Numbered from the stretch's first letter, positions 1 through 12,860 are shown. The stretch: 64,000 nt of DNA from Octopus vulgaris (GCA_951406725.2 OX597825.1:71114001-71178000); one strand, 5' to 3'. The notes: generated by a model not told the origin, from the letters alone. A program made the numbers and translations.

Positions 1-507
1 CAAACAAATAAACCCTAGTACTTACAATTTTTTTTTGTTTTTAAGTTTGGGAGTTACTCTATCAGTCTCTTTTGTCAAATTGTTAAGTTGTGGGGATGTA
101 ACCGAACCAACACCAGTTGTCAAGGAATGATGGGGAGGTGACAAACACACACGCACACACACACACATACACACACACATACACACATGCACACACACAC
201 ACACACACACAGAGGATACCATTCCGGCTACCTCTGAAGAGTGCAAGGTTGCATAATCAGACTGTTACCTAACACTCCACTGAACCCCAATTTTCGTCAA
301 ACTATTCATTCTAGCCCCAATTTACAGAGCAAATTATTATGCAACCTTAGTACAGTTATAATACTGCAGCTGTTAAATATTAATCACTGAGCAAACCCAA
401 CTCTCTGTTAAAAAACTCAGAGACATGTTTTTGATAAACCAATTGGTAAGATTGGCTGTAATAGACATATAACATATATATTTATATATATATATATATA
501 TATATAT

Positions 508-592
508 ACTTTATTTTAAGCAGCAGAAAATTCAACAAAATCTGTTACTCTGAGTTTCTCGTTACCGTTCATCAGACAGTTTTTGCTAGAAT
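508..592 (-). mobile_element. Penelope-like pseudo-LTR fragment abutting (TA)n
   Basis: Near-identical to 44730-44788 and reverse complement of 44826-44908; carries a minimal hammerhead motif. Confidence 0.55.
542..579 (-). ncRNA. Minimal type I hammerhead ribozyme motif
   Basis: Minus strand CUGU-CUGAUGA-ACGGUAACGA-GAAA-CUCAGAG-UA-ACAG. Intact core boxes, stem I CUGU/ACAG (extendable), stem III CUC/GAG, weak stem II (CG/CG with A.A closing pair). Confidence 0.6.
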
Positions 593-766
593 GGAACATA
601 TATATTAATTCAATCTATACTCTTACAAACGCTACACCTTTAAAAAGAACACTTTTTTATGTACATTCCTTTATGTACACTGATTTGTTCTGCTATTTAT
701 ATCTAACCCTACAGTCTCTTATGTGGTGGTTTAATAAAGTATGTGATTGAGATTATCTTGTAATTG

Positions 767-831
<65 letters not shown>

Positions 832-959
832 GAGACCCCCTTCGGTCATGACTGACCATGGGATTGCACCTAGAAAGTTACCCTCCCAGGCACAAGTCCG
901 GGGCAAGGTTGTTTATGGAAGACCAGCAGTCACCCATGCATACCAGCCTCTCCTCTGTA

Positions 960-1529
960 GGGTATGTTAGTGAATGAAATCATGAAATCAGCTGTGTTTT
1001 ATTTATCAGTCTTTTGGAGCTCATATTGCACTGTTCTTCCAATATCGACCATTAGCTGTCATTGTCACTACGATAGTTTTAAATTCAGATTTGTTTAAGT
1101 TTGTTTATCAGCTACTTTCTCATTCTCATTCATTTGTGACTTTATTTTTTGCCTCCTTGGCTCCTAAGAAAATTCACAGTGAAACTGCTAAGCATCATGC
1201 TATAACACTGGAAGATAAACTGGCTGTGATATAACGCCATGAAAAAGGTGAAAAAGTAGTAGCAATTGCACGATCTTTCGGGATGAGCTGGACAACTGTA
1301 TCGATGATTGTACATAATAAGGACAAGATTTTAGCACAGATGGTTCTTATTAACCATATATTATTGAAAATGTATTCATAAATAACGGGAATGGTTATTA
1401 TCGGTTTAGCTAAGAGACAAGTAAATTCAGCTTCGCCTGGCATAGAGACGATTTATACAATTTAAGTCATTTTTTTACTTAAGTCGTGTTTCCTGGAACC
1501 AATTAACAACGTAAGGTGAGGTATACCTG
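960..1529 (+). mobile_element. Internally deleted Tigger/pogo DNA transposon relic
   Basis: 1157-1339 translates LAPKKIHSETAKHHAITLEDKLAVI*RHEKGEKVVAIARSFGMSWTTVSMIVHNKDKI (CENP-B/psq-type HTH); right end GTAAGGTGAGGTATACCTG is Tigger-like; left boundary approximate. Confidence 0.75.
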
Positions 1530-1581
1530 TGTATATATGTATGTGTGTGTGTGTGTGTGTGTGTGTGCATATGTATATATT

Positions 1582-1737
1582 GTGGCTGTGTCATAAGAAG
1601 CTTGCTTCCCAATTACATGTTTCTGGGTTCAGTCCCACCGTGTGGTGCCTTGGGCAAGTGTCTTCTACTATAGCCTTGGGCTGACCAAAGTCTTGTGAGT
1701 GGATTTGGTGTATGGAAACTGAAAGAAGCCCAGTGTG

Positions 1738-1770
<33 letters not shown>

Positions 1771-2055
1771 GTATGTATATATATATATATATATGTCTGT
1801 GTGTGTGTATATATATGTATGTATGTTTGTATGTATTTGTGTGTCTGTTTGTCCCTCTGCCATTGCTTGGTAACTGATGTTGGTGTGTTTATGTTCCTGT
1901 AACTTAGCGGTTTGGTAAAGAGGCCAATAGAATAAGTACTAGGCTTGCAAAGAATAAGACATGGGGTTGATTTCTTCAACTAAAACCCTTTAAGGTGCTC
2001 CAGCATGGTTGCACTCAAATGACTGAAATAAATAAAAGAATAAAGGAATAAAAGA
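1582..2055 (+). mobile_element. tRNA-derived SINE, family A (internal TA/TG microsatellite)
   Basis: B-box-like GGTTCAGTCCC, CORE-like CCTTGGGCAAGTG, (TAAAAGA)n tail; about 20 homologous copies in the window. Confidence 0.85.
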
Positions 2056-2164
2056 ATGTGCATGTGTGTTTGTGTTTGTGTGTTTGTGTCTGTGTGTGCA
2101 CTATGGGCTTCATTTAGTTTCTATCTAAAGAAATCCACTTACAAGGCTCCCCAAACCTCAGGAA

Positions 2165-2652
2165 TCTTTTTTTAGGATTCTTACAGAATACATGGTAGTA
2201 CTTTTCTACAGTTTGATAATGCCAGTCTCAATTCCAATATCTTTCAGCCTCTTAGGTGACAGTTTTGTGTTGTCCAAGTACACCAATTACCACAGGAATA
2301 ATTGTCTTTTCCGTCTTCCACCATCTCTTCATCTTTCTGGCTTGGTACTAAAATTTTTCAATTTTCTCAACATATGGCATTGCAATGCCTATGATTGTAC
2401 ACTGATTTTTCTTCTCTCTCTCATTTTTTCTTTTTTGTCTGCAAACATATCTGGCCTTTTTGCTTCAATAAAATGTTCTATCTTTATGGAAAAATCTCAT
2501 AAAATTCTGTAATTTATTATTCACCATCACAGCCTCAGGTGCGTTCATACCACTTGTCTGTCGTTTCAAATCCATATATTCAGCTAAGATCTCAATGTAT
2601 TCTTTTATTAACTCAGCTATGCCTGCTCTGATATTCTTTTTGAGGTAGCTTA
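2165..2652 (-). pseudogene. RLE-type non-LTR retrotransposon (R4/Dong-like) C-terminal relic
   Basis: Frameshifted translation KLPQKEYQSRH..IH*..YG..DKWYE..PEAV..IL*DF..IEAKRPD..LKDIGI..VRILKK matches the RHD / PD-D endonuclease region. Confidence 0.75.
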
Positions 2653-2720
2653 TCATCGTCGTCATCGTCGTCACCATCACCATCGCCACCACCACCACCA
2701 CCACCACCACCACCACCACC

Positions 2721-2782
<62 letters not shown>

Positions 2783-2790
2783 TATTATTT
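2651..2790. repeat. (CAC)n(CAT)n compound microsatellite
   Basis: Direct observation. Confidence 0.95.
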
Positions 2791-3324
2791 TTATTGAGTG
2801 AGAGAGCAGTGCAAGCCATCAAAGTGACACTGGGGTAAAATATACGAAGCCCAGTATAGCCATCATGACTACCCGTCTGATAAGGGTACACTAGGCACAT
2901 GCATCACAACCATATGTGCGCGACATGGTGGTCTCATATCAAGATAAACAGCACATGACCTTGCAGGTGAGGCTCAGTTGGAATTTTCTTCTAGTCGAAT
3001 AGCCCATCCTGCTCAAAAGGTCCCTGAATAAGGGTTGTTTAAGGATGTTGAACGAAACACCCATGTTTCCAGAGGTGAATTATTCAAACCTCAAAGAATC
3101 TCTCTCAACACATGGCTAGGACGCTCCCCCACTATTTCTGTTCATGATCAGAGATGCAAATATCATCAGCTACTAAGGGACATGCTCAACTAGTTAAGGT
3201 CAAACAACTGACAAGCAGAATATTTACTTTTATACCAAGACAAAACAACGTACATGATAACACTTCCAATCAGTTAAGATCAGAAGCCGTGAGAGCCACT
3301 GTCTGGTACTTCATCAAGGCATTT

Positions 3325-3394
3325 GTTATTATTATTATTATCATTATTATTATTATTATTATTAATATTATTATTATTATTATTATTATTATTA

Positions 3395-3440
<46 letters not shown>

Positions 3441-3470
3441 CATTAGTATTACTATTATTATTATCATTGT
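3325..3470. repeat. (ATT)n microsatellite
   Basis: Direct observation. Confidence 0.95.
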
Positions 3471-3475
3471 CATCA

Positions 3476-4380
3476 AAGTGGCAAGCTGGCAGAATTGTTA
3501 GAACGCCGGGCGAAATGCTTACCGGTATTTCGTCTGCCACTACGTTCAAAGTTCAAATTCCGCCGAGGTCGACTTTGCCTTTCATCCTTTCGGGGTTGAT
3601 AAATTAAGTACCAATGAAATACTGGGGTTGATATAATCGACTAGTCCCCTCCCCCAAAATTTCAGGCCTTGTACCTTTAGTAGAAAGGATTATTATTATT
3701 ATTATTAAAGTAGCAAGATGGCAGACGCATTAACATGTCAGACAAAATGCTTAGCGGTATTGCTTCTTGTTCTTGCCATTCTGACTTCAGATTCTGCCAA
3801 GTTTGACATTGCCTTTGATCCTTTTGATGGGGTTGATAAATAAGCTGTTGAGCACTGGGGTTGATGTAATCAACTCACCTCCCCATTCCTCAAAATCTCA
3901 AGCCTTGTACCTATATCTGAAAGGGTTATTATTAAGGCAGTGAGCTGGCAGAATCATTAGCACATTGGACAAAGTGCTTATCCAGCATTTCGTCTGTCTT
4001 TGTGCTCTGAGTTCAAATTCTGCCAAGGTCAACTTTGCCTTTCCTCCTTTTGTGGTTGATAAAATAAGTACCAGTTGAATACTGGGGTCAATGTAATTGA
4101 CTTACCTCTCCTTCAGCCAAAATTTTAAACCATTATTAATTACTATTATTATTAGGAAGTAAGACAAGGCGGTGAGATTGGCTGAATCGTTAGCACCCCA
4201 GGCAAAATGTTTAGTGGTATTTTACCCGTCCTTATGTTCTAAGTTCAAATTCTGCCAAGGTTGACTTTGCCTTTCATCCTTTCGGGGTTGGTAAAACAAC
4301 TACCATTTGAGTACTGGGGCTGATGGCATCAAGCGAACCCTCGCATGAAATAGCTGGCCCTGTGCCAAAATTTGAAACCG
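3476..4380 (+). mobile_element. Four head-to-tail copies of SINE family B
   Basis: Units start ~3476, 3707, 3933, 4166, each with AGCTGGCAGAA...GTTCAAATTC...GCCTTTCATCCTTTCGGGGTTGATAAA..AGTACC (Meta-domain-like by recall), separated by ATT tails. Confidence 0.85.
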
Positions 4381-4844
4381 TTATCAGGAAGTAAGTTTAG
4401 TAAAGTTAGAATTAAGGTCAGAGTCCATGACTCAGATTTTTATTAATTTACAGAACAACTTTATTTTATTTACAACATGAATGCCCTTAGGGGTACAATG
4501 AACATCACTCAATCTCATTTCCTTCTTCCACATATTAATCTGAAAAAAACTTATGTTTTATGTGAAATATAATTTTTTTCTTTTTTCTTATTCATTAAAT
4601 TGTTGTTTAAGGCTGTGTGGTGAGTCGGCACAAACATTAAAATAGGGGACTCTAATGGATACTCTATGGCATCTATTTCGGTATCCCATTGTTATTAATC
4701 ATCAGCAGCTTTTTATTCCCTGACCCCATTCCCCCATCATCAGTCTAGAAATCAATAAATGGAATACCTTATGCATAAGGCAGATTTTTATAAGGGGACA
4801 GGCTATAACTGAATGTGAATCAACTGTGGTGTGTATGATGCTTC

Positions 4845-4881
<37 letters not shown>

Positions 4882-5027
4882 TGTATATATATAATTGACA
4901 ACAGAAGCCCAAATGCAAACCTGGAAGTACATATAATATTACTACTGAATACATACATATATACACATACATGCACACACACCCACACATACACACACAT
5001 ATAAACACACACACACACACATGCACA

Positions 5028-5064
<37 letters not shown>

Positions 5065-5363
5065 GTATGTTAATATGTGTGTATGTGAATATTGTCGAGG
5101 AGATGATTGATAAGTTAGTGTTTTGAATAAAAAAAATACATTGCAGCATTTTGTCTGCTGAGTTGGTCCTTTTGGTGGACTTAGCCATTCAGTAACAGTG
5201 ATCAATCAAATAGTACTGAGCAAAATAGTGGCGTCAACGAATCCAACAAAAAACCTCTTCATGGCAGTGCTTGAGTGTAACCATAGTCCAATGAGTGGAA
5301 CCATGAAAGGAGTTAATGCTTTAACTTAATGCTTTATTGTCATGGCCATGTTTACCCCCTTAA

Positions 5364-5585
5364 CCTTTTCGTTACCAACCCGGCTGAAACCGGCTCTGTC
5401 TCTGTAGTACAAATGTCTTGTTTTCATAAGTTTTGAATTAAAATCTTCCACCAAACCTTAGTCACAATTTATGTTCCTAACACTAGCTTAATGATAACTA
5501 AGTTATTTTACTAAATTCTTTGTTATATTTAAAGTAATTGAAAGAAACACAGAGCATCTCAAAAATAAATACAGTAACGAAAGGG
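5364..5585. mobile_element. piggyBac-type MITE
   Basis: TTAA at 5360-5363 and 5586-5589; TIR CCTTTTCGTTAC / GTAACGAAAGGG (11/12 match). Confidence 0.9.
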
Positions 5586-5751
5586 TTAAATGAAGCACCA
5601 ACAACATCTAAGGGTTTATACTTTACAAAAGTGAAAATAATATTGTGAATAGACAAAAGAAACCATAATGATTATTGGCAGCATAATGAAGACAATATGT
5701 GAGGAGAAATAGTGAGAACTGGACACAAATGCCTAGCAAACTATAGTTAAC

Positions 5752-5975
5752 GAAGGCAGCGAGCTGGCAGAAACATTAGCATGCTGGGTGAAATGCTTAG
5801 CAGTATTTCGTCTGTCTTTACACTCTGAGTTCAAGTTCTGCTGAGGTTGATTTTGCCTTTCATCCTTTCGGGATTGATAAATTAAGTACCAGTTGTGTAC
5901 TGGGGATTGATCTAATTGACTGCACCACCCACTCCTTCAAAATTTCAGGCCTTGAGCCTATAGTAGATAAGAATA
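5752..5975 (+). mobile_element. SINE family B
   Basis: Homology to the 3476 copy. Confidence 0.8.
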
Positions 5976-6047
5976 TTTAACGTGTTATTTCTACATACTG
6001 AGTTCAAATCTCATAAGGGCAAACTTTGCCTTCTTTCTTTCTGGAAT

Positions 6048-6520
6048 TCATCATCATCATTATCATCATCATTTAGCATCTGCTTTCCATGCTGGCATGG
6101 GTTAGATGGGTTGATTGAAACTGGGAAACTGGAGAGCTGCACCAGGTTCCAGTCTGATCTGGTTTGGTATGGTTTCTATGGCTGGATGCCCTTCCAAATG
6201 CCAACCACTCCAAGAGTGTAATGGGTGTTTTTATGTGCCTCTCATGTGACACTGGCATCTGTCACGACTATGATTTCAGTTGGCTTGATGGGTCTTCTCA
6301 AGCACTGCATATTGCCAAAGGTTCTTGGTCACTTATCATCGCTCCTGTGAGGTACAGCATTCAAAAGTCATCCTTCACTGCCTTGTCTCATATCTTCCTG
6401 GGTCTGCCTATTCCACAGGTTCCCTCCACAATTAGAAATTGGCACATTTTTACACAGCAGTCTTCATCCATACACATCTCATGGCCATACCACCACAATC
6501 ATCTCTCTTGCACTCATCAA
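6048..6520 (-). mobile_element. Family D element ((GAT)n tail) plus RTE-like LINE 3' fragment
   Basis: GGATGCCCTTCC..GCCAACC motif shared with 9698, 36585 and 61350 copies; 6385-6515 resembles the RTE WYGH..GRPRK region seen at 48030-48537. Confidence 0.6.
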
Positions 6521-6552
6521 GAAATGCAAAATAAGTTTCTTTTATAAACTGG

Positions 6553-6821
6553 ATCAAAAAATTAAAAAAGAATCAAAATTCCTTCCTAAGCAACAGGCTC
6601 AAAAGGCTGATTTCCTGAATTCTGCGGTGTATATATTCCCCTTTGAATGGGATGCTAGTCCATTGTAGGGTTACTCACTTTTTGCCAGCTGAGTGGACTG
6701 GAGCAATGTGAAATGAAGTGTTTAACTCAAAAATACAATTTATCACCCAGTCCAGGAATTGAAACCACAATCTTACAGTTATGGGTGCAACACCCTAACT
6801 GCTAATCCACTTGCCTCCACA
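6553..6821 (-). mobile_element. tRNA-derived SINE family C with 12-bp TSD
   Basis: TTTATAAACTGG at 6541-6552 and 6822-6833; homology to the 27170 copy. Confidence 0.8.
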
Positions 6822-7429
6822 TTTATAAACTGGTGTTGATTTTACCCATTAGCATTTAAACTGTCCATATCCAGCCCAAATATTCTACCTGTTTTATGTT
6901 CAAACTGACTAAATTCAGCATCTCACACCTACCCTGCAATGTCATTCTCAAAATACACAATCATATCTTTGAAATCTCTGGATTCCAAAGAATGGGAAAT
7001 GATGTCACTATGAAATTGATAACACCATGTGAGCTGTCTAGATCAACAGCAGCCCAATACCCAGAAATCATCTTGCGCTATCCTTCATTCATTTCTACGT
7101 ACCTGATGAGTTAGGTTAGTCTGACAAGCCTATGAATATTTTAGTTGCATGGAGTTGAATCAAATTTCCATTAGGTAATATATGTAACCCTGACCAAATG
7201 AGTTGTGCGAACTTTCTGTCATATACATAAATATATATATATATAAACACGTAGGTATTTATATGATTTATCAAGGAAGCTATCAGTTTTCATGTAACGT
7301 CTTCAAAACATTCTCAGGTTGTGTGTGGATGATGGTCAAATTAACTCTTCTCTGTATGACGTAAACAACTTTAAATATTTTCTCCTGGCCTTCACTACAA
7401 AAGCACAGGCATAAATGGATTTCACTGCA

Positions 7430-7740
<311 letters not shown>

Positions 7741-7950
7741 CTACTGGGTTTATCTTTAACCAACCACGTACTTCATTGCCAAACCGGCTTCTCTTTTTTT
7801 TGTTTTTGCTTTTGTTCATGTTTATGTAACCCAGAAACGAAATATTTTTATGAATGACAAGCACCAGCAGCCTTAGCAGCAGCAGCAGCTAGAGCAGCTA
7901 CAGCTGTAACTGAAACATCAAGAACATCATCATCAACAACGGCAGCAGCG

Positions 7951-7995
<45 letters not shown>

Positions 7996-8104
7996 ACAAC
8001 AGCTGTAAAACAGTGGATAACCTGTCAGATTTTATCAAGCTTAGTTCTGAATATGTGTTGTAATCTCTCTCTCTATAAAATTTACTATATACACTCACAC
8101 ATGC

Positions 8105-8144
<40 letters not shown>

Positions 8145-8171
8145 TCTCACACATATATAGACATTCATTCA

Positions 8172-8205
<34 letters not shown>

Positions 8206-8241
8206 TCCCTCTCGCTCTCCTTTCCTCTCACTTCCTCTCAC

Positions 8242-8304
<63 letters not shown>

Positions 8305-8399
8305 CTCTATCTATCTCTCTGTCTATCTTTCTGTCTATCTATCTGTCTATTTGTCTCTCTGTCTGTCTCTGTCTGTCTGTCTCTATCTATCTATCTATT

Positions 8400-8523
<124 letters not shown>

Positions 8524-9072
8524 CATGTAGACACAGACACACAGACGCACACACAGACGCACACACAGACGCACACACAGACAGACAGACACACACACAC
8601 ACACACACAGACACACACACATACATATGTATATGATAAATATGTGTGTAAAAAGCACCCACTACACTCTTAGAGTCGTTGGCATTAGGAAGTGCGTTCA
8701 GCTGTACAAAGCAAATCAGACTGGTTCCTGGTACAGCTTTTTGGCTTACCAATCACAGTCAAACCATCCAACCCATGCCAGCATAGGAAATGGATGCTAA
8801 ATGATGATGATGATGAAGTTGATGATGATGATGATAATGATGCTGAAGGTACATATACAAGTTTGGAGGAATAAATGACCAGAAGAAATAGAATTCAACA
8901 TAAATGAGTGTTTATATATTTTTAATTAGAAGAAAGTCACAAAATTGTGACTCAAAGACTGAAGAATTTTATGTGTGGCCTTTATCAATTTGATGTGTGC
9001 CTTGGATGAAACTCTCAGCTTTCAAGTCACTTTTGTGACTTGAGGTCCTTGTGTTACTTTCATACATACATA

Positions 9073-9490
9073 TAGGCGCAGGAGTGGCTGTGTGGTAAGT
9101 AGCTTGTCTACCAACCACATGGTTCCGGGTTCAGTCCCACTGCGTGGCACCTTGGGCAAGTGTCTTCTACTATAGCCTCGGGCCGACCAAAGCCTTGTGA
9201 GTGGATTTGGTAGACGGAAACTGAAAGAAGCCCGTCGTATATATGTGTATATGTGTATATGTGCGTGTGCGTGTTTGTGTGTCTGTGTTTGTCCCCTGGC
9301 ATTGCTTGACAACCGATGTTGGTGTGTTTATGTCCCCGTTACTTAGCAGTTTGGCAAAAGAGACCGATAGAATAAGTACTGGGCTTACGAAGAATAAGTC
9401 CCAGGGTCGATTTGCTCGACTAAAGGTGGTGCTCCAGCATGGCTGCAGTCAAATGACTGAAACAAGTAAAAGAGAGAGAGTAAAAGAAAG
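9073..9490 (+). mobile_element. SINE family A, young full-length copy
   Basis: GGCGCAGGAGTGGCTGTGTGGTAAG head, B-box, retained CpGs, tail. Confidence 0.9.
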
Positions 9491-9959
9491 ATATGTATAT
9501 TTATGTAATTAATCCAATGTGTATATGTATGTCTGTGTGTGTGTGTGTGTGTGTGCACATGTGTGTGAGACTGTATAATAAGAAGCTTCCTTCCCAAGTG
9601 CATGGTTCCAGGTTCAGTCCTACTGCATGGCACTTTGGACATGTGTCTTCTACTATAGTCTCGGGTGAACCAAAGTTTTGTGGTTGGACTTGGAACCATC
9701 CGCTTTCCATGCTGGCATGGGTTGGATGGTTCAACTGGGGTCTGGGAAGCCAGGAGGCTGCACCAGGCCCAGTCTGATCTGGCAGTGTTTCTACAGCTGG
9801 ATGCCCTACCTAACACCAACCACTCCGTGAGTGTAGTGGGTGCTTTTTACGTGCCACTGGCACAGGTGCCAGGCGAGGCTGGCAATGGCCACGATCAGTT
9901 GGTGCTTTTTACGTGCCACCAGCATGGAAGCCAGTCAGGGTGGTGCTGGCATTGGCCAC

Positions 9960-10163
9960 GTGACCACGTGTATATTGTCGGCGATTTTCTTTCTCCGTCT
10001 TCCCTTCCTTCAACCTTTCCTTTTTCTATGTTTCTGACGAAGAGCTCCGCTCGAAATGTTAAATCCTCCTTCTTTCTTTCCTTTCCTGAGCGTTCAATAA
10101 CACTATACTTGTTCCACGTCCTCATGCTGTTGTATTGTCTCTTTGTTCATGTTTGAAGTAACT
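9960..10163 (+). mobile_element. ~200-bp hammerhead-carrying repeat (Penelope pLTR-like)
   Basis: Homologous minus-strand copies at ~39875-40050 and 47437-47647, all next to TA-rich tracts. Confidence 0.55.
10031..10063 (+). ncRNA. Minimal hammerhead-like motif
   Basis: UUU-CUGACGA-A-GAGC-UCC-GCUC-GAAA-UG-UU-AAA: perfect 4-bp stem II, vestigial stem III, 3-bp stem I. Confidence 0.5.
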
Positions 10164-10434
10164 ATATATATATATATATATTCATGTGTGTGAGTGAGTC
10201 TGTGATTGTCCCCCTGTCATCACTTGACAACTGATGCTGGTGTGTTTATGTCACCGTAACTTAGCAGTTTAGCAAAAGAGACCCAGAGAATAAGTTCTAG
10301 GCTTTCAAAGAATAAGACCTGGGGTTTGATTTCTTCAACTAAAAAAACCTTTTACGGCGGTGCTCCAGCATGGCTGCATTCAGATAATTGAAACAAGTAA
10401 AAGAATAAAAGAATGCATATATATTTTGTGTGTG

Positions 10435-10832
10435 AGTATTCAAAACAACCTCGTAGAGCTGCACAGAAACCAAAGCTGCCAGACACACTGAAACAATTAA
10501 AGCAGGCTGCTAAGGTTTTGTAGGGTAGTGACTCTGTAAACCTCTGCCTGTTGTTGGCAAAGCTGGTGCAACAAAGAGGTGGGTAGTAATACAGTCTGTC
10601 GGCAAAGTGAGTGAGGAAGCCGACTGATGCTTTAGGAAAAGAGGGTAGACCCTGTGGCTTTATTGCTGCTGCTAGTGGGATGCAAGCTGAGACTTGATCA
10701 ATCCCTGCTGGGTCATCTGGGTGTGGTGAAGATAGGGGTCTGATGTTTGAAAAACTCAAAACCTCTTATGACCCCTAGAAACATACTGATGATGTATCTT
10801 AGAACATCTGGGAGAAGTATCTTGCAAATAAA
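10435..10832 (+). pseudogene. HERO-like RLE non-LTR retrotransposon 3' end
   Basis: Translation ..KAGC*GFVG**LCKPLPVVGKAGATKRWVVIQSVGKVSEEAD*CFRKRG resembles the EVGCRGF..AE.AS.WLW.KR C-terminus, followed by a GC-rich 3' UTR. Confidence 0.6.
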
Positions 10833-10972
10833 TACAACACACATATACACACACAGAAATAAGTATGTGTGTGTGTGTATATATATATATACATTATACA
10901 TATTGTATTCTTTATGCAAAACTGATTGGTAAGACCAGTTGTGATGGATACTTAATACTATAAAATTCAGAC

Positions 10973-11005
<33 letters not shown>

Positions 11006-11096
11006 CAAATATATAAATCAATAGATATAGATATTGATACATATATATATATATGGAAAAGTGTATGTCAAAACAATGATATATATAATATATATG

Positions 11097-11127
<31 letters not shown>

Positions 11128-11218
11128 GTGTGTGTGTAAATGTGTATGTATATATGTGTGCATGTGTATGCATGTGTGCAGGTGAGTGCATGTGTGTTTG
11201 TGTGTGTGTGTGTGTGTT

Positions 11219-11249
<31 letters not shown>

Positions 11250-12415
11250 AAGGTGTCACCCAAAAAATGCATACACATTTTAACAGCTAACAGCTCACAT
11301 GATTTTCATTCCTTCTTAGATGTAACACATAAAAAAATAATAAAAGGAACCAGACTAATCTTTGAACCAGGGACATTTAGCCAAAGGCTCTACTGGAATT
11401 TTGAGAAAGACATTTCAAGTACTAAGATGCTAAGACAGTTTAGTATCCAGTTTCAAACAGATCCACTTTTGTAACTTACCATGACTCAAATCAGAGATAA
11501 GTTTGAAACAGATGGAACTGTTCAGAATGTCCAGAAGATAAATTCCAGAAGACTGCAGACATCAGCAAGTCTCACAAAGCAAGAAGGGTGACTGGAAATG
11601 TATGGTCAGAGTTCAAGAAAATCTTTGTAGCAAGCAAGTTCTGAGATAAGAGTTTCAAAATTAAGTGTACATTGTATTTTGAAGCACTGTCGTAGGAAAA
11701 GTTACATTCCAAGAATAGTCGATGTTCTCAATGAAGATGACCCAGGTATAAAAGTGGAGTTTTGTGAGTGGTACTTGGCAAGATGTATGGAAGGTGCACA
11801 CTTTCTCACAAAGATTGGTGTGATGGAGGGAGCGATCACTCTGAATAAATAAACACGTCTTTTCTAGCTGCCGTCTCTGCTCGAACTGACCACATGTGCT
11901 TCCTGCCCATGCATGCCCCATGCCTATGCCACTGGCCCCTGCAGTGCTCACTTCCATCTACCTCATCTGCAATCCCCTCCACCAACACCACATAGCTCCA
12001 TCACAGTCCATAACACTACTAACACCACAGATTGTTTAGGGGTAATGAAGTTACATTTAAATTAAATGGCTTGATTAACCACCCCAAATGCATCTGCTGG
12101 GATTTGAGAATTTGTATATTATAGAGGATAATCATATTAATTTACCAGGTGTTACAATATGGTGCAACTTATCATCATAAGGATTAACTCAACCATCCTT
12201 TTTGATGGTACTGTGACAGCCTATTTACTTGACTTTGCTGTGAGAATTTGCCATGACAAGCATTTAAAAGGGCTTTGAAGATGTGGAGATTTATTTCCAG
12301 CTAAATAAGACATCCTACACTATCATAGCAATGTAAGGGCCTACCTTGATAAGATTTTGCCAAACAGGTGGTTTGGACAAAGAGATTCAGTAGAAGACCC
12401 TTCATGTCCTCAACC
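11250..12415 (+). pseudogene. Tc1/mariner-superfamily transposase relic (DUF4817/rosa-like)
   Basis: IRDKFETDGTVQN, LNEDDP..VEFCEW, (W)GNEVTFKLNG, FDGTVT, HYHSNVRAYLDKILPNRWFGQ; many stops; interrupted by a solo LTR. Confidence 0.8.
11819..12029. mobile_element. Probable solo LTR (211 bp)
   Basis: Ends TGTGATG...CACCACA; flanks GATTGG/GATTGT; removal rejoins the transposase KIV(W)..E motif; second copy at ~33848-34064. Confidence 0.65.
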
Positions 12416-12419
12416 AGCA

Positions 12420-12860
12420 ACAGTCAACAAATTGAGGGAAACCACTTAAACAAAAGGCACACAAATACTGAACAAAATGTTTCTTGATGTATGCAATTCC
12501 ATTGTTTCACATTATTAGAAGTACCTGGACCAGAATAGTTATCACAAATTATCGAAGAGGCCAGGGAACAGAAGAAAGAAGGAGAAAGCAGACATGCACT
12601 CAACACCAGAGCAGAAGACACCTTCGAAAGATGCAGGGGCTGCCATGTCAAAACGGTAGAGGAGTAGGGGCCAAAACCGGACGTGATTCCTCCTGATGAT
12701 GTCTTGAGCTAACCGGATCCTATAAAGGAGCTGTTGTGGTAGCAGACCACGAAACACAGTTGACATTCCTTCCCACTGACCAAAATGTTTCTTGATGAAT
12801 GCAATTCCATTGTTTCACATTATTAGAAGTACCTGAACCAGAATAGTTATCACAAATTAT
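12420..12860 (+). pseudogene. Penelope-like GIY-YIG C-terminus with partial tandem pLTR
   Basis: Reading frame ..NHLNKRH..FTLLE..SQIIEEAREQKK..ALNTRAE; ~80-bp direct repeat 12473-12552 / 12781-12860; degenerate CUGAUGA..GAAA at 12693-12761. Confidence 0.55.

Noticed and set aside
234-265. CUGAAGA followed by a UGCAA/UUGCA hairpin
   Set aside because: GAAA box and stems I and III are absent
2465-2782. Protein-like ORF KKNIRAGIAELIKEYIEILAEY as a host exon
   Set aside because: Alternative frame of the R4/Dong-like LINE relic
9022-9312. Recurrent ORFs such as RRASFSFRLPNPLTRLWSARG
   Set aside because: Antisense translation of SINE family A
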